Shown here: positions 15,735-23,383 of the stretch, piece by piece
Numbering within the stretch: the stretch's first letter is position 1
How the letters are laid out: each line of letters begins with the position of its first letter
Assembly (NCBI GenBank): GCA_903918155.1
Contig: CAIXDD010000103.1
Location: 1-37,778, forward strand
DNA: 37,778 bases
Direction of reading: 5' to 3'
From: an uncultured Hyphomicrobiales bacterium
Lineage (GTDB): Bacteria; Pseudomonadota; Alphaproteobacteria; Rhizobiales; Beijerinckiaceae
Made by a program: the position numbers and the translations under genes
The notes under the pieces: generated by a model
Told to the model about the DNA's origin: nothing
Seen by the model: only the letters and a program-made list of their open reading frames with translations
The model's database searches: none

Positions 15735-17921
15735 ATGACCGACGTCAATCTCTCCCGCCGCGCGCTCATCCAGACCTCCGTCGGCGCCGCCGGCGGCCTG
15801 CTTCTGGGCTTCCACGTGCCGCAGGCCCATGCGGCCAAGACCGAATCGCGTCCCTGGACGACGCCGACGAAGGGCGTCGAGGTGAACGCCTGGCTCGCCA
15901 TCGACCCCGACGGCACGGTGACGATCCGCGTGCCCCATACGGAAATGGGGCAGGGCGGCATGACCTCCGTGGCGCTGATGATCGCCGAAGAGCTCGACGT
16001 GGAATGGTCGAAGGTCCAGGCGGTGTTCGCCGACGCCAATCGCCATCTGCGCAACAACAAGGAATATGTGACGATGTTCACGGCGGGCTCGCAGCTCGTC
16101 TGGCGCCAGCATCCTCACATCATGCAGGCGGGCGCCTCCGCGCGCGAACGGCTGAAGGAAGCCGCCGCTCAGGCCTGGGGCGTGCCGCGCGCGCAGGTCG
16201 CAGCCAAACAGGGCGTGCTGACCTCGGGCGCGCGCCGCGCGACCTATGCGGAATTCGCCTCCGCCGCCGCCGCCGTGAAACTGGCCGAAGAGCCGGCGAT
16301 CAAACAGGCGAAGGATTGGTGGCTGCTCGGCAAGGACGTGCTGCGCCTCGACATTCCCCATAAGGTGAACGGCAGCGCGCAATATGCGGTCGACACCCGT
16401 CTGCCCGGCATGGTCTACGCCGCCGTCAAGGCGAGCCCCGTGCCGTGGGGCAAGCTCAAGAGCTTCAATTTCGAGGCGATCAAGAATCGTCCCGGAATCG
16501 TCGGCGCTTTCGAGCTGCGCGCCGTTCCCGGCAAGCGCGGTCAGCCTGACATGCAGGACGCCGTGGCCGTCGTGGCCGATTCCTGGTTCCGCGCCAAGAC
16601 GGCGCTGGACCTTCTGCCGGTCGAATGGGATTTCGGCGAATCCGCGAAAGTCGACAACGCCGCGCTCTCGGCCCATGCGAAGAAAATGCTCGGCGAGACG
16701 GGCCTCATGACCAAGGAGGAGCCCAAGGCTTTGGAGGCCATCGCCGCCTCGAAAAAGGTCGTCACGGCCGAATATGAGCGTCCCTTCGAAGCGCATCTGC
16801 GCATGGAGCCGATCAATGCGACGGTGCATGTGCAGGACGGCCGCGTGGACGTGTGGTCGCCCACGCAAGATCAGTCCGTCGCCATCCAGCTCGTGGCCAA
16901 TCAGGTCGGCGTTCCTGAAAAGGACGTCTTCGGCCACACCATGTTCCTGGGCGGCGGCTTCGGCGGCAATGGCGCCGGCGGCACGGCGGTGACCCGTCAG
17001 GCGGCCGAATTGTCGAAGCGGCTGAAGCGCCCGGTGAAGGTGCTCTGGAGCCGCGAAGAAGACGTCGCGCAGGACAAGCAGCGCCCGATGTCGGCGGCGC
17101 GCCTGAGCGCCTCCCTCGGCGCCAACGGCCTGCCGGAAGCGATCAGCACCCGCGCGGTCTGGTTTTCGCTGGACAAGGCGAACCAATGGGGCCCGGCGAC
17201 CGCCGATTACGGCATCGCCACCATGCCCTACATCATTCCGCTGCGCCATCATGAGCGGCACAATCTGGACACCCATGTGCCCAGCTCGACGCATCGTGCG
17301 CCGGGCGCCAACCAGACCGGCTTCATGATCGAATCCTTCGTGGACGAACTCGCGCTCGCCGGCGGCTGGAACCCGCTCGACTGGCGCATCGAGATGACGA
17401 AGGGCAAGGACGACTGGCAGCGCGTGCTCAAGACGCTGAAGGAGAAGTCGGGCTATCGCACCGACCTCAAGAAGGGCGAGGGCATGGGCGTCGCGGCGGT
17501 CGAGTGCCACGGCACCATCGCGGCCGCTTGCGCGACCGTCACCGTCAGCCGGCGCGGTCAATTGACGGTCGAGAAGATCGTCGTGGTCGCCGATTGCGGA
17601 CATGTCATCAATCCGCGCGGCGCGGTCGAGCAGATCGAAGGCGCGGCGATCTATGAATTGTCGCACGCCTGGCACGGCGGCCTCGACATGCGCGGCGGGC
17701 GTTTCGTGAACACGAATTTCGACTCCTACAATCTCCTGCGCATCGATCAGGCGCCGGAAGTGGAGGCGCATTTCGCGCTCACGGGCGGCAAGAAATGGGG
17801 CGGCATGGGTGAGCCTGCGGGCCCGCCGGTTCCTCCCGCCGTCGCCAATGCGATCTTCGCGGCGACCGGCAAGCGCATCCGCTCCACGCCGTTCCGCTTG
17901 CACGATCTCAGCTGGGCCTGA
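15735..17921 (+). CDS. iorB: Xanthine dehydrogenase family molybdopterin-binding subunit, IorB type (copy 2)
   Basis: MTDVNLSRRALI twin-Arg-like leader; 'TEMGQG', 'FLGGGFG', 'RAPGAN', 'GGMGEPAGPPVPPAVANAIFAATGKRIRSTP'; RBS GAGGAG. Family-level symbol. Confidence 0.92.
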   Translation: MTDVNLSRRALIQTSVGAAGGLLLGFHVPQAHAAKTESRPWTTPTKGVEVNAWLAIDPDGTVTIRVPHTEMGQGGMTSVALMIAEELDVEWSKVQAVFADANRHLRNNKEYVTMFTAGSQLVWRQHPHIMQAGASARERLKEAAAQAWGVPRAQVAAKQGVLTSGARRATYAEFASAAAAVKLAEEPAIKQAKDWWLLGKDVLRLDIPHKVNGSAQYAVDTRLPGMVYAAVKASPVPWGKLKSFNFEAIKNRPGIVGAFELRAVPGKRGQPDMQDAVAVVADSWFRAKTALDLLPVEWDFGESAKVDNAALSAHAKKMLGETGLMTKEEPKALEAIAASKKVVTAEYERPFEAHLRMEPINATVHVQDGRVDVWSPTQDQSVAIQLVANQVGVPEKDVFGHTMFLGGGFGGNGAGGTAVTRQAAELSKRLKRPVKVLWSREEDVAQDKQRPMSAARLSASLGANGLPEAISTRAVWFSLDKANQWGPATADYGIATMPYIIPLRHHERHNLDTHVPSSTHRAPGANQTGFMIESFVDELALAGGWNPLDWRIEMTKGKDDWQRVLKTLKEKSGYRTDLKKGEGMGVAAVECHGTIAAACATVTVSRRGQLTVEKIVVVADCGHVINPRGAVEQIEGAAIYELSHAWHGGLDMRGGRFVNTNFDSYNLLRIDQAPEVEAHFALTGGKKWGGMGEPAGPPVPPAVANAIFAATGKRIRSTPFRLHDLSWA

Positions 17922-17947
17922 TCGCCGCTTGAGGCCAGGACATAACG

Positions 17948-17972
17948 AAGGGCGCCTCCGGGCGCCCTTTTT
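17948..17972 (+). terminator. Intrinsic terminator after iorB copy 2
   Basis: AAGGGCGCC-tccg-GGCGCCCTT-TTT. Confidence 0.85.
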
Positions 17973-18044
17973 CATGGCGTTGGGACATCGCCCAAAGGTT
18001 CGCGCGTCAACAGGCTTGCGCGCCAGGTTGGGCCGGCCCGCGCG

Positions 18045-18500
18045 TCAGGGGTCGCCCGCGCAGGTGAGCGCGACCACGGCGAGCCTGTCGTCGGCGACGC
18101 TGGCGGCGGCGCAGGCCTGCGCGCCCTTGTGCAGCATGATCTTCTTGTGCCGCGGGCTTTCAGACCACGTCTCGACGATTTCTTTCGCGCTGGAGCGCGC
18201 GGGTCCGCGATAGAGATTTTCGCCCGCCCACGCCCCCGGCGTGTTCGCGCCCATCACATCGACGCCGAAACCCGCATGGCCTGCGGCGAGAGTCCCATTG
18301 CGATGGGACCACGCCCCACGCGCGCGCGCGCTCGTCATGGGCAGGTCGATGACGCGCACGGGCTCAACGCCGGCGCTCTTGCGCAGCGCGTTCATTTCGG
18401 CCACCACGTCCGGGCGCACGCGGGGCGCGGGCGCCGTGTCGAGGCTGGCGCAACCGGTCGTCAGCGTCGCGCAGAGACAAGCGAGGGCTTTGGCGTTCAT
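18045..18500 (-). CDS. CAP (SCP/PR-1-like) domain lipoprotein
   Basis: ATG 18500, MNAKALACLCATLTTGC (lipobox-like); 'MNALRKSAG', 'AGENLY', 'WSESPRHKKIML' CAP motifs. Only the 3' 151 codons of the listed 749-aa ORF. Confidence 0.75.
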   Translation of the reverse strand: MNAKALACLCATLTTGCASLDTAPAPRVRPDVVAEMNALRKSAGVEPVRVIDLPMTSARARGAWSHRNGTLAAGHAGFGVDVMGANTPGAWAGENLYRGPARSSAKEIVETWSESPRHKKIMLHKGAQACAAASVADDRLAVVALTCAGDP

Positions 18501-18629
18501 GGGTGTCCGTTCATGGGCGAGAGTCTTTCGCGGCGCGTTCGGGCCCGTTTCGCGCGGGCGCTGACGCAGCAAGCAAGCATCGGAATAAGGCGCAGGCGCG
18601 AGCGGCGCAAGCATGGAGCGTGTGAGGAT

Positions 18630-20237
18630 ATGAGTTTGGCGCAGGACGGCGGACGAAACGGCGAAGCGGACGTGATCATCGTCGGAGGCGGGCCGGTGGG
18701 CTTCGGCCTCGCGCTTGAGCTGGGGCTGCGCGGGATCTCCTGCATCGTGGTGGAGCGCCACGTCACGCCGCAGCCGATTCCCAAAGGCCAGAATCTCACC
18801 CAGCGCACCATGGAGCATTTCCGCGCATGGGGCCTCGAGCAGCAGGTGCGCGCGGCCGCCCCCATTCCCGTCGAATTCGGCATCGGCGGCCTCACGGCCT
18901 ATGGCTCGCTTCTGAGCGAACATCATTACGACTGGTATCAGCGCGCGCTCGTGCGTCCCTATTACGCCTGCGACAATGAGCGCCTGCCCCAATACGCCAC
19001 CGAAGCCGCGCTGCGCGCACGCGCCGCGCAGGTTCCCGCCATCGAGGCTTTGTTCGGCTGGACATGCGAAGGTGTGCGACAGGATTCGGATGGCGTCGAA
19101 GTGGAGATCGCCGACCGCGACGGCGCCCGCCGGCGGCTGCGCGGGCGCTATGCGGTGGGATGCGACGGGGCCCGTTCGCTCGTGCGCGAACAGGCGGGCC
19201 TGACCCAGACCCGCAGCGATCACGACAAGCTGATGGTGCTTCTGGTCTTCCACGCGCCGGAGCTGAATAGTCTGCTCGCCCGCTACAAGGGCAAATCCTT
19301 CTTCAACGTGCTCCACCCCGATCTCGATGGCTATTGGCTGTTCTTCGGCCGCGTGGACACGGGCGACACCTGGTTTTTCCATGCGCCCGTGCCGATGGGG
19401 ACGACGCGGGAGAATTTCGATTTCCACGCTTATCTCGAGCGCGCGGTCGGCGCGCCTTTCGCCTGCGCGTTCGAACATATCGGCTTCTGGGACCTGCGCA
19501 TCGCGATCGCGGATTCCTATCGCAAGGACCGCGTGTTCATCGCCGGCGACGCCGCCCATTCCCATCCCCCTTATGGCGGCTATGGCGTGAACACGGGATT
19601 GGAGGACGCGCGCAATCTGGGCTGGAAACTGGCGTCCGCCCTGCGGGGCGAGGCGGGCCCCGGCCTGCTGGACTCCTATGACGCCGAGCGCCGCCCGGTC
19701 TTCGCCTCCACGGCGCGCGACTTCATCCAGAAATATATCGATTCCGATCGCACCTTCCTGCGCGCGCATGATCCTGCGCGCGACCGCGCGGATTTCGAGG
19801 CGGCCTGGCGCAAGCGCCAGCAGGGCGTCGAGGCCGAAATCTCCGGCTTCGAGCCTCATTACGAAGGATCGCCCGTCGTCTTCGGCCCCCCGGGCGCGCA
19901 ATCGGGCGCCATTGGCGAGCATGCGTTCCGCGCGCGCGCCGGCCACCATCTCGCCCCGCAGGCGCTGGCCGACGGCTCCGGCGTCTATGACGCCTTGGGC
20001 GAGGGCTTCACCCTGCTCGCGCTGGGCGCGCCCGAGTCCGACGTCGCGCCCTTCGAGGCGGCTGCGCGGGCGCGCGCGATCCCGCTCAAGGTTTTGCGCG
20101 AGCCCGCCGAGGGCGCGGCGCGACAGGCCTATGCGGCGCCGCTCGTGCTGGTGCGGCCCGACCATTTCGTCGCCTGGGCGGGCGCGCAGCCGCCGGGCGG
20201 GGCGCAAGCGGTTCTGGCGCGCGCCGCCGGTCATTGA
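18630..20237 (+). CDS. FAD-dependent monooxygenase (PheA/TfdB-like aromatic hydroxylase family)
   Basis: RBS GAGGA before ATG 18630; 'IIVGGGPVG', 'VGCDGARS', 'RVFIAGDAAHSHPPYGGYGVNTGLEDA.NLGWKL', C-terminal 'LVRPDHFVAW'. Confidence 0.9.
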   Translation: MSLAQDGGRNGEADVIIVGGGPVGFGLALELGLRGISCIVVERHVTPQPIPKGQNLTQRTMEHFRAWGLEQQVRAAAPIPVEFGIGGLTAYGSLLSEHHYDWYQRALVRPYYACDNERLPQYATEAALRARAAQVPAIEALFGWTCEGVRQDSDGVEVEIADRDGARRRLRGRYAVGCDGARSLVREQAGLTQTRSDHDKLMVLLVFHAPELNSLLARYKGKSFFNVLHPDLDGYWLFFGRVDTGDTWFFHAPVPMGTTRENFDFHAYLERAVGAPFACAFEHIGFWDLRIAIADSYRKDRVFIAGDAAHSHPPYGGYGVNTGLEDARNLGWKLASALRGEAGPGLLDSYDAERRPVFASTARDFIQKYIDSDRTFLRAHDPARDRADFEAAWRKRQQGVEAEISGFEPHYEGSPVVFGPPGAQSGAIGEHAFRARAGHHLAPQALADGSGVYDALGEGFTLLALGAPESDVAPFEAAARARAIPLKVLREPAEGAARQAYAAPLVLVRPDHFVAWAGAQPPGGAQAVLARAAGH

Positions 20238-20267
20238 TCCGCGGCGTCGCCGACCCGCGGCGTCGCC
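20236..20267. repeat. 16-bp tandem duplication GAyCCGCGGCGTCGCC x2
   Basis: Copies at 20236-20251 and 20252-20267 differ at one position. Confidence 0.8.
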
Positions 20268-20295
20268 TTGACAATCTTTCGCGCGCGCTGACACT
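20268..20295 (+). promoter_or_regulatory. Putative sigma70-type promoter for the VOC/hydrolase genes
   Basis: Perfect TTGACA (20268-20273), 16-bp spacer, GACACT as a weak -10; ~90 bp upstream of ATG 20386. Confidence 0.45.
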
Positions 20296-20385
20296 TGAAG
20301 CCAAGCGCAGCAGGGTCTCGCAGACTCTGGCGCACAGCGTCAAAGCCGGTAAAATCGGCCGGTCTCAGCATTTGGAGGACAACCA

Positions 20386-20964
20386 ATGGGTATCCACGAA
20401 CGGACGGCCTCCCGCCGCGAAGACGTCTATGACGCCGAGAAATTCCATCCCGACGAATATAAGGGCTCCTCGCCGATCAAGGTGAACAAGCTCGGTCACT
20501 TCGTCTATGAGGTGAGCGACATCGAGCGCAGCGTGAAATTCTGGACGGAGGTGATGGGGTTCGAAGAGACCGATCGCAACCGCCACGGCATGGTTTTCTT
20601 CCGCTGCGGCGCCGATCACCACGCCATCGGCCTGCGCCCGATGAAGCCCGGCAAACAGCCCAAGCGCGACATGGCCACCGGCCTGCAGGTGGAGCATCTC
20701 GCCTTCGAGGTCGACGATGTCGAGGTTTTGAAAAAGGCGAAGGCCTATCTGAAGGCCAATAACATCCCCATCGTCTTCGAAGGCCGCAAGGGCGCGGGCT
20801 GCAACACCAGCATCAATTTCCTCGACCCCGACGGCTACGAATTCGAGATCTATTGCGACATGGACCAGATCGGCGCCGACGGGCGCCTGCGTCCGTCGAG
20901 CCTGTTCCGTCCGGCCGACCCGCTGGAGGAAGCCATCGAGAATCCGGTCGTCAAGACCTGGTGA
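20386..20964 (+). CDS. VOC family protein (glyoxalase / extradiol-dioxygenase-like, short form)
   Basis: 'KLGHFVYEVSD', 'FWTEVMGF', 'DHHAIGL', 'EHLAFEV', 'FLDPDGYEFEI'; RBS GGAGGA. Confidence 0.88.
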   Translation: MGIHERTASRREDVYDAEKFHPDEYKGSSPIKVNKLGHFVYEVSDIERSVKFWTEVMGFEETDRNRHGMVFFRCGADHHAIGLRPMKPGKQPKRDMATGLQVEHLAFEVDDVEVLKKAKAYLKANNIPIVFEGRKGAGCNTSINFLDPDGYEFEIYCDMDQIGADGRLRPSSLFRPADPLEEAIENPVVKTW

Positions 20965-21049
20965 GCCCGCCCGCCCGCACGCGGGCGGCGCATCGGCGAC
21001 AGACGCCGCGCGCGGGAAAATCCCGCGCGCTCGCGCGTCGCGCGGGATC

Positions 21050-21071
21050 GATTTAAAAAAGATTCAAAAAA
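21050..21071. repeat. 11-bp A-tract duplication GATTyAAAAAA x2
   Basis: gatttaaaaaa / gattcaaaaaa just upstream of the RBS of 21089, preceded by a GC hairpin at ~21008-21030. Confidence 0.7.
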
Positions 21072-21088
21072 CATCGGGAGGACAAGAC

Positions 21089-22333
21089 ATGGCGAGCGCC
21101 GCGATCGAAGGGCGAATCCGCAGGTGGCAGGAGCAGCGCTGGCTGCTCGATGCGGTGATCCGCACCATCGGCGTGAACTGGGACCAGAACCGCATCGCCT
21201 CCAAGAGCAAGCCGGGCGGCGAGGTCGCGGAGAAGGATTTCGAGGCCGTCGCGCGCCGCATCAAGAAATTCGACGACATTCATCGCGAATTCGCCGCCGC
21301 CGCGCGCAAGCGTCAGGCCAAGGCGCTGGCCTATGAGAACGAGGGCCGCCACGTCACGGCGGCGGAGAGCTACATCGCCGCCGCGCTTCTGTGGGCCTCG
21401 TCCTGCTGGCCCCTGTTCGAGGCGAGCGAGCAATTGCACGCCGCCGAAAAAGAGATGAACGCCTGCTACGCGAAATTCATCCGCTTCGCGCCCCATCCCA
21501 TCGAGAAGGTGGAGGTGCCGTTTCAAGGCAAGTCGCTGCCGGCCTATCTTCATTTGCCGCGCAAGCCTGCGCCGGGCGAGACCTTCGGCTGCGTCATCTC
21601 CATCGGCGGCATGGACGGCAGCAAGGAGAACATGGTCTCCATCTATGGCGACCGCTTCCTCGCGCGCGGCCTGGCCGTGCTCGCCGTCGACGGGCCGGGG
21701 CAGGCGGAGGCCGCCTCGCGCGGGATCTTCTTCACCGAGAGCAATTTCGGCGAGGCCGGCCTCGCCATTCACGCCCGGCTCGCGCAACATCCCCATATCG
21801 ACATGAATCGGCTCGCGATCCGCTCTTCGAGCTTCGGCAGTTATTTCGGCACCGTGGCCGCCGCCGCGCTCGGCGACAAGATCAAGGGCTATGCGGTGGC
21901 CGGCGTCTGTCAGGAGCCCGGTTGCCACACGATCTTCAATCTCGCCTCGCCGACCTTCAAGGCGCGCTTCATGTTCATGTCGGGCTATGAGGACGAGGCG
22001 GCCTTCGACGCGTTCTGCAAGAAGATCGACCTGCGCCCCGTCGCGCCGAAGATCGTCTGTCCCTATATGGCCATCGCCGGCGAGAACGATCAGCTTTCGC
22101 CGATCGAGCATACGGAGGCTCTCTTCAAGCTCATCAAGGCGCCCAAGCGCCTCGTGATCTATGAAGGCGCCAATCACGGCGTGGGGGATTCGCCCAGCAC
22201 CGACAATGGCGAGGACAAGAACGTCCTGCTCTCCGACTGGCTTGTCGACCGGATCGCCGGCAAGCCCTTCCGCTCCGAGCGGGTCTGGGTGGATCTCGCC
22301 GGCCGCGCCATCGCGACCGGCTTCGACGAATAG
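21089..22333 (+). CDS. Alpha/beta hydrolase, 2,6-dihydroxypseudooxynicotine-hydrolase/FrsA-like family
   Basis: 'IEKVEVPF.G..LPAYLHLP', 'GGMDGSKE', 'LARGLAVLAVDGPGQ.E', nucleophile 'SSSFGSY', 'GENDQLSP', 'YEGANHG'. Confidence 0.85.
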   Translation: MASAAIEGRIRRWQEQRWLLDAVIRTIGVNWDQNRIASKSKPGGEVAEKDFEAVARRIKKFDDIHREFAAAARKRQAKALAYENEGRHVTAAESYIAAALLWASSCWPLFEASEQLHAAEKEMNACYAKFIRFAPHPIEKVEVPFQGKSLPAYLHLPRKPAPGETFGCVISIGGMDGSKENMVSIYGDRFLARGLAVLAVDGPGQAEAASRGIFFTESNFGEAGLAIHARLAQHPHIDMNRLAIRSSSFGSYFGTVAAAALGDKIKGYAVAGVCQEPGCHTIFNLASPTFKARFMFMSGYEDEAAFDAFCKKIDLRPVAPKIVCPYMAIAGENDQLSPIEHTEALFKLIKAPKRLVIYEGANHGVGDSPSTDNGEDKNVLLSDWLVDRIAGKPFRSERVWVDLAGRAIATGFDE

Positions 22334-22353
22334 GCCGTTTCCCGGCCTATTTT
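22329..22353. terminator. Hairpin built from both convergent stop codons (probable terminator)
   Basis: AATAGGCCG-tttcc-CGGCCTATT-TT; TAG 22331-22333 and CTA 22347-22349 pair with each other in the stem. Confidence 0.6.
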
Positions 22354-23372
22354 CCGCCGGCGAGGCTGGTCGCGCGCTTCACGCGCTCGACCACCTCCTG
22401 CGGCGTGGCGTACATGGACGCGATCACCTTCTCCACCGCCGCGCCGTCGAGCGGTTCGATGCGCTGGCGGCGCGCCCCGGCTTCCTGGCGATAGGCGGGA
22501 TCGTTGATCGCCTTCATGAAGGCGGCGCGATAGCCGTTCACCACGTCGTCGGGCGTGCCCGGCGGCATGAAATAGGGGTTCTGGATTTCATCGGACGCGC
22601 CGAAGAAATCATAGGCTGCGCGCTCCGCATCCGTCTTGAGCAGATTGCGCGCATAGGGCGCGCCGGCGGCTTCCTTCACGCCGTCCATCTTGGAGACCGT
22701 GAAGAGAATCCGCACGAGATTTTCGGTCAGCCAGCGCGGCTGGCCCACCTGAATCGAACTCAGCGTCACGCAGCGTCCGTCCACTTCGCCGCGTTCGACG
22801 GCAAGCATGGACGTGCCGCCGTCATAGCCTGAAATGGGCTTGAAACGCGTGCCGAGCAGGTTGTTCATCAGCAGCGGGCCGAGCGTGGAATTGGATGCGG
22901 CGCCTGTGGCCGCGATCGGCACGTCGCGACGGCGGGCGTCGTCGATGGTCTTCACCTCCGACGTGTGCCACACGAGGCAGACGGTGTCTTCCGACGTCAT
23001 GCTGCCGACCCAGCGGAAGTTGCGCAGGTCGTAATTCACCTTGCTGTTGCCCATCAAAGGCTCCTTGATGGGGCCTGCGGGCGTGACGCCGATGGACGTG
23101 CCGTCCTTCGCGCCGATGTTATAGACATTCTGCACGCCCTGCAGGCCGCCTCCGCCGGGCATATTCTGCACCACCATATTGGGCTGGCCCGGCAGATAGA
23201 GCCGCAGGTAATTCACGAAGAGGCGCGCGTAGAGATCCACGCCGCCGCCGACCCCGCCAGCCACCGTCACATTGACGGTCTTGCCGGCGAGATTGAATTC
23301 CGCTCGCGCCGTCATATCGGCGTGCGGGGCGGCGAAGGCGATGAGGCCGGCTGCAAATGCTGCGATGCGCAT
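22347..23372 (-). CDS. Bug/TctC family substrate-binding protein
   Basis: RBS AAGGAG, ATG 23372 (MRIAAF...), signal peptide; 'GGGVDLYAR', 'PGQPNMVVQNMPGGGG', 'GYDGG...LAVERGEVDG'. Confidence 0.88.
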   Translation of the reverse strand: MRIAAFAAGLIAFAAPHADMTARAEFNLAGKTVNVTVAGGVGGGVDLYARLFVNYLRLYLPGQPNMVVQNMPGGGGLQGVQNVYNIGAKDGTSIGVTPAGPIKEPLMGNSKVNYDLRNFRWVGSMTSEDTVCLVWHTSEVKTIDDARRRDVPIAATGAASNSTLGPLLMNNLLGTRFKPISGYDGGTSMLAVERGEVDGRCVTLSSIQVGQPRWLTENLVRILFTVSKMDGVKEAAGAPYARNLLKTDAERAAYDFFGASDEIQNPYFMPPGTPDDVVNGYRAAFMKAINDPAYRQEAGARRQRIEPLDGAAVEKVIASMYATPQEVVERVKRATSLAGGK

Positions 23373-23383
23373 GGGGTTCTCCT

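Noticed and set aside
15681-17975. Long antisense ORFs (764 aa here; also 29181-31661, 32042-33643, 1531-2949, 6531-7979, 24696-26144, 18501-20294)
   Set aside because: They mirror well-supported genes on the opposite strand, as expected in high-GC DNA with few stop codons, and contain no recognisable motifs.
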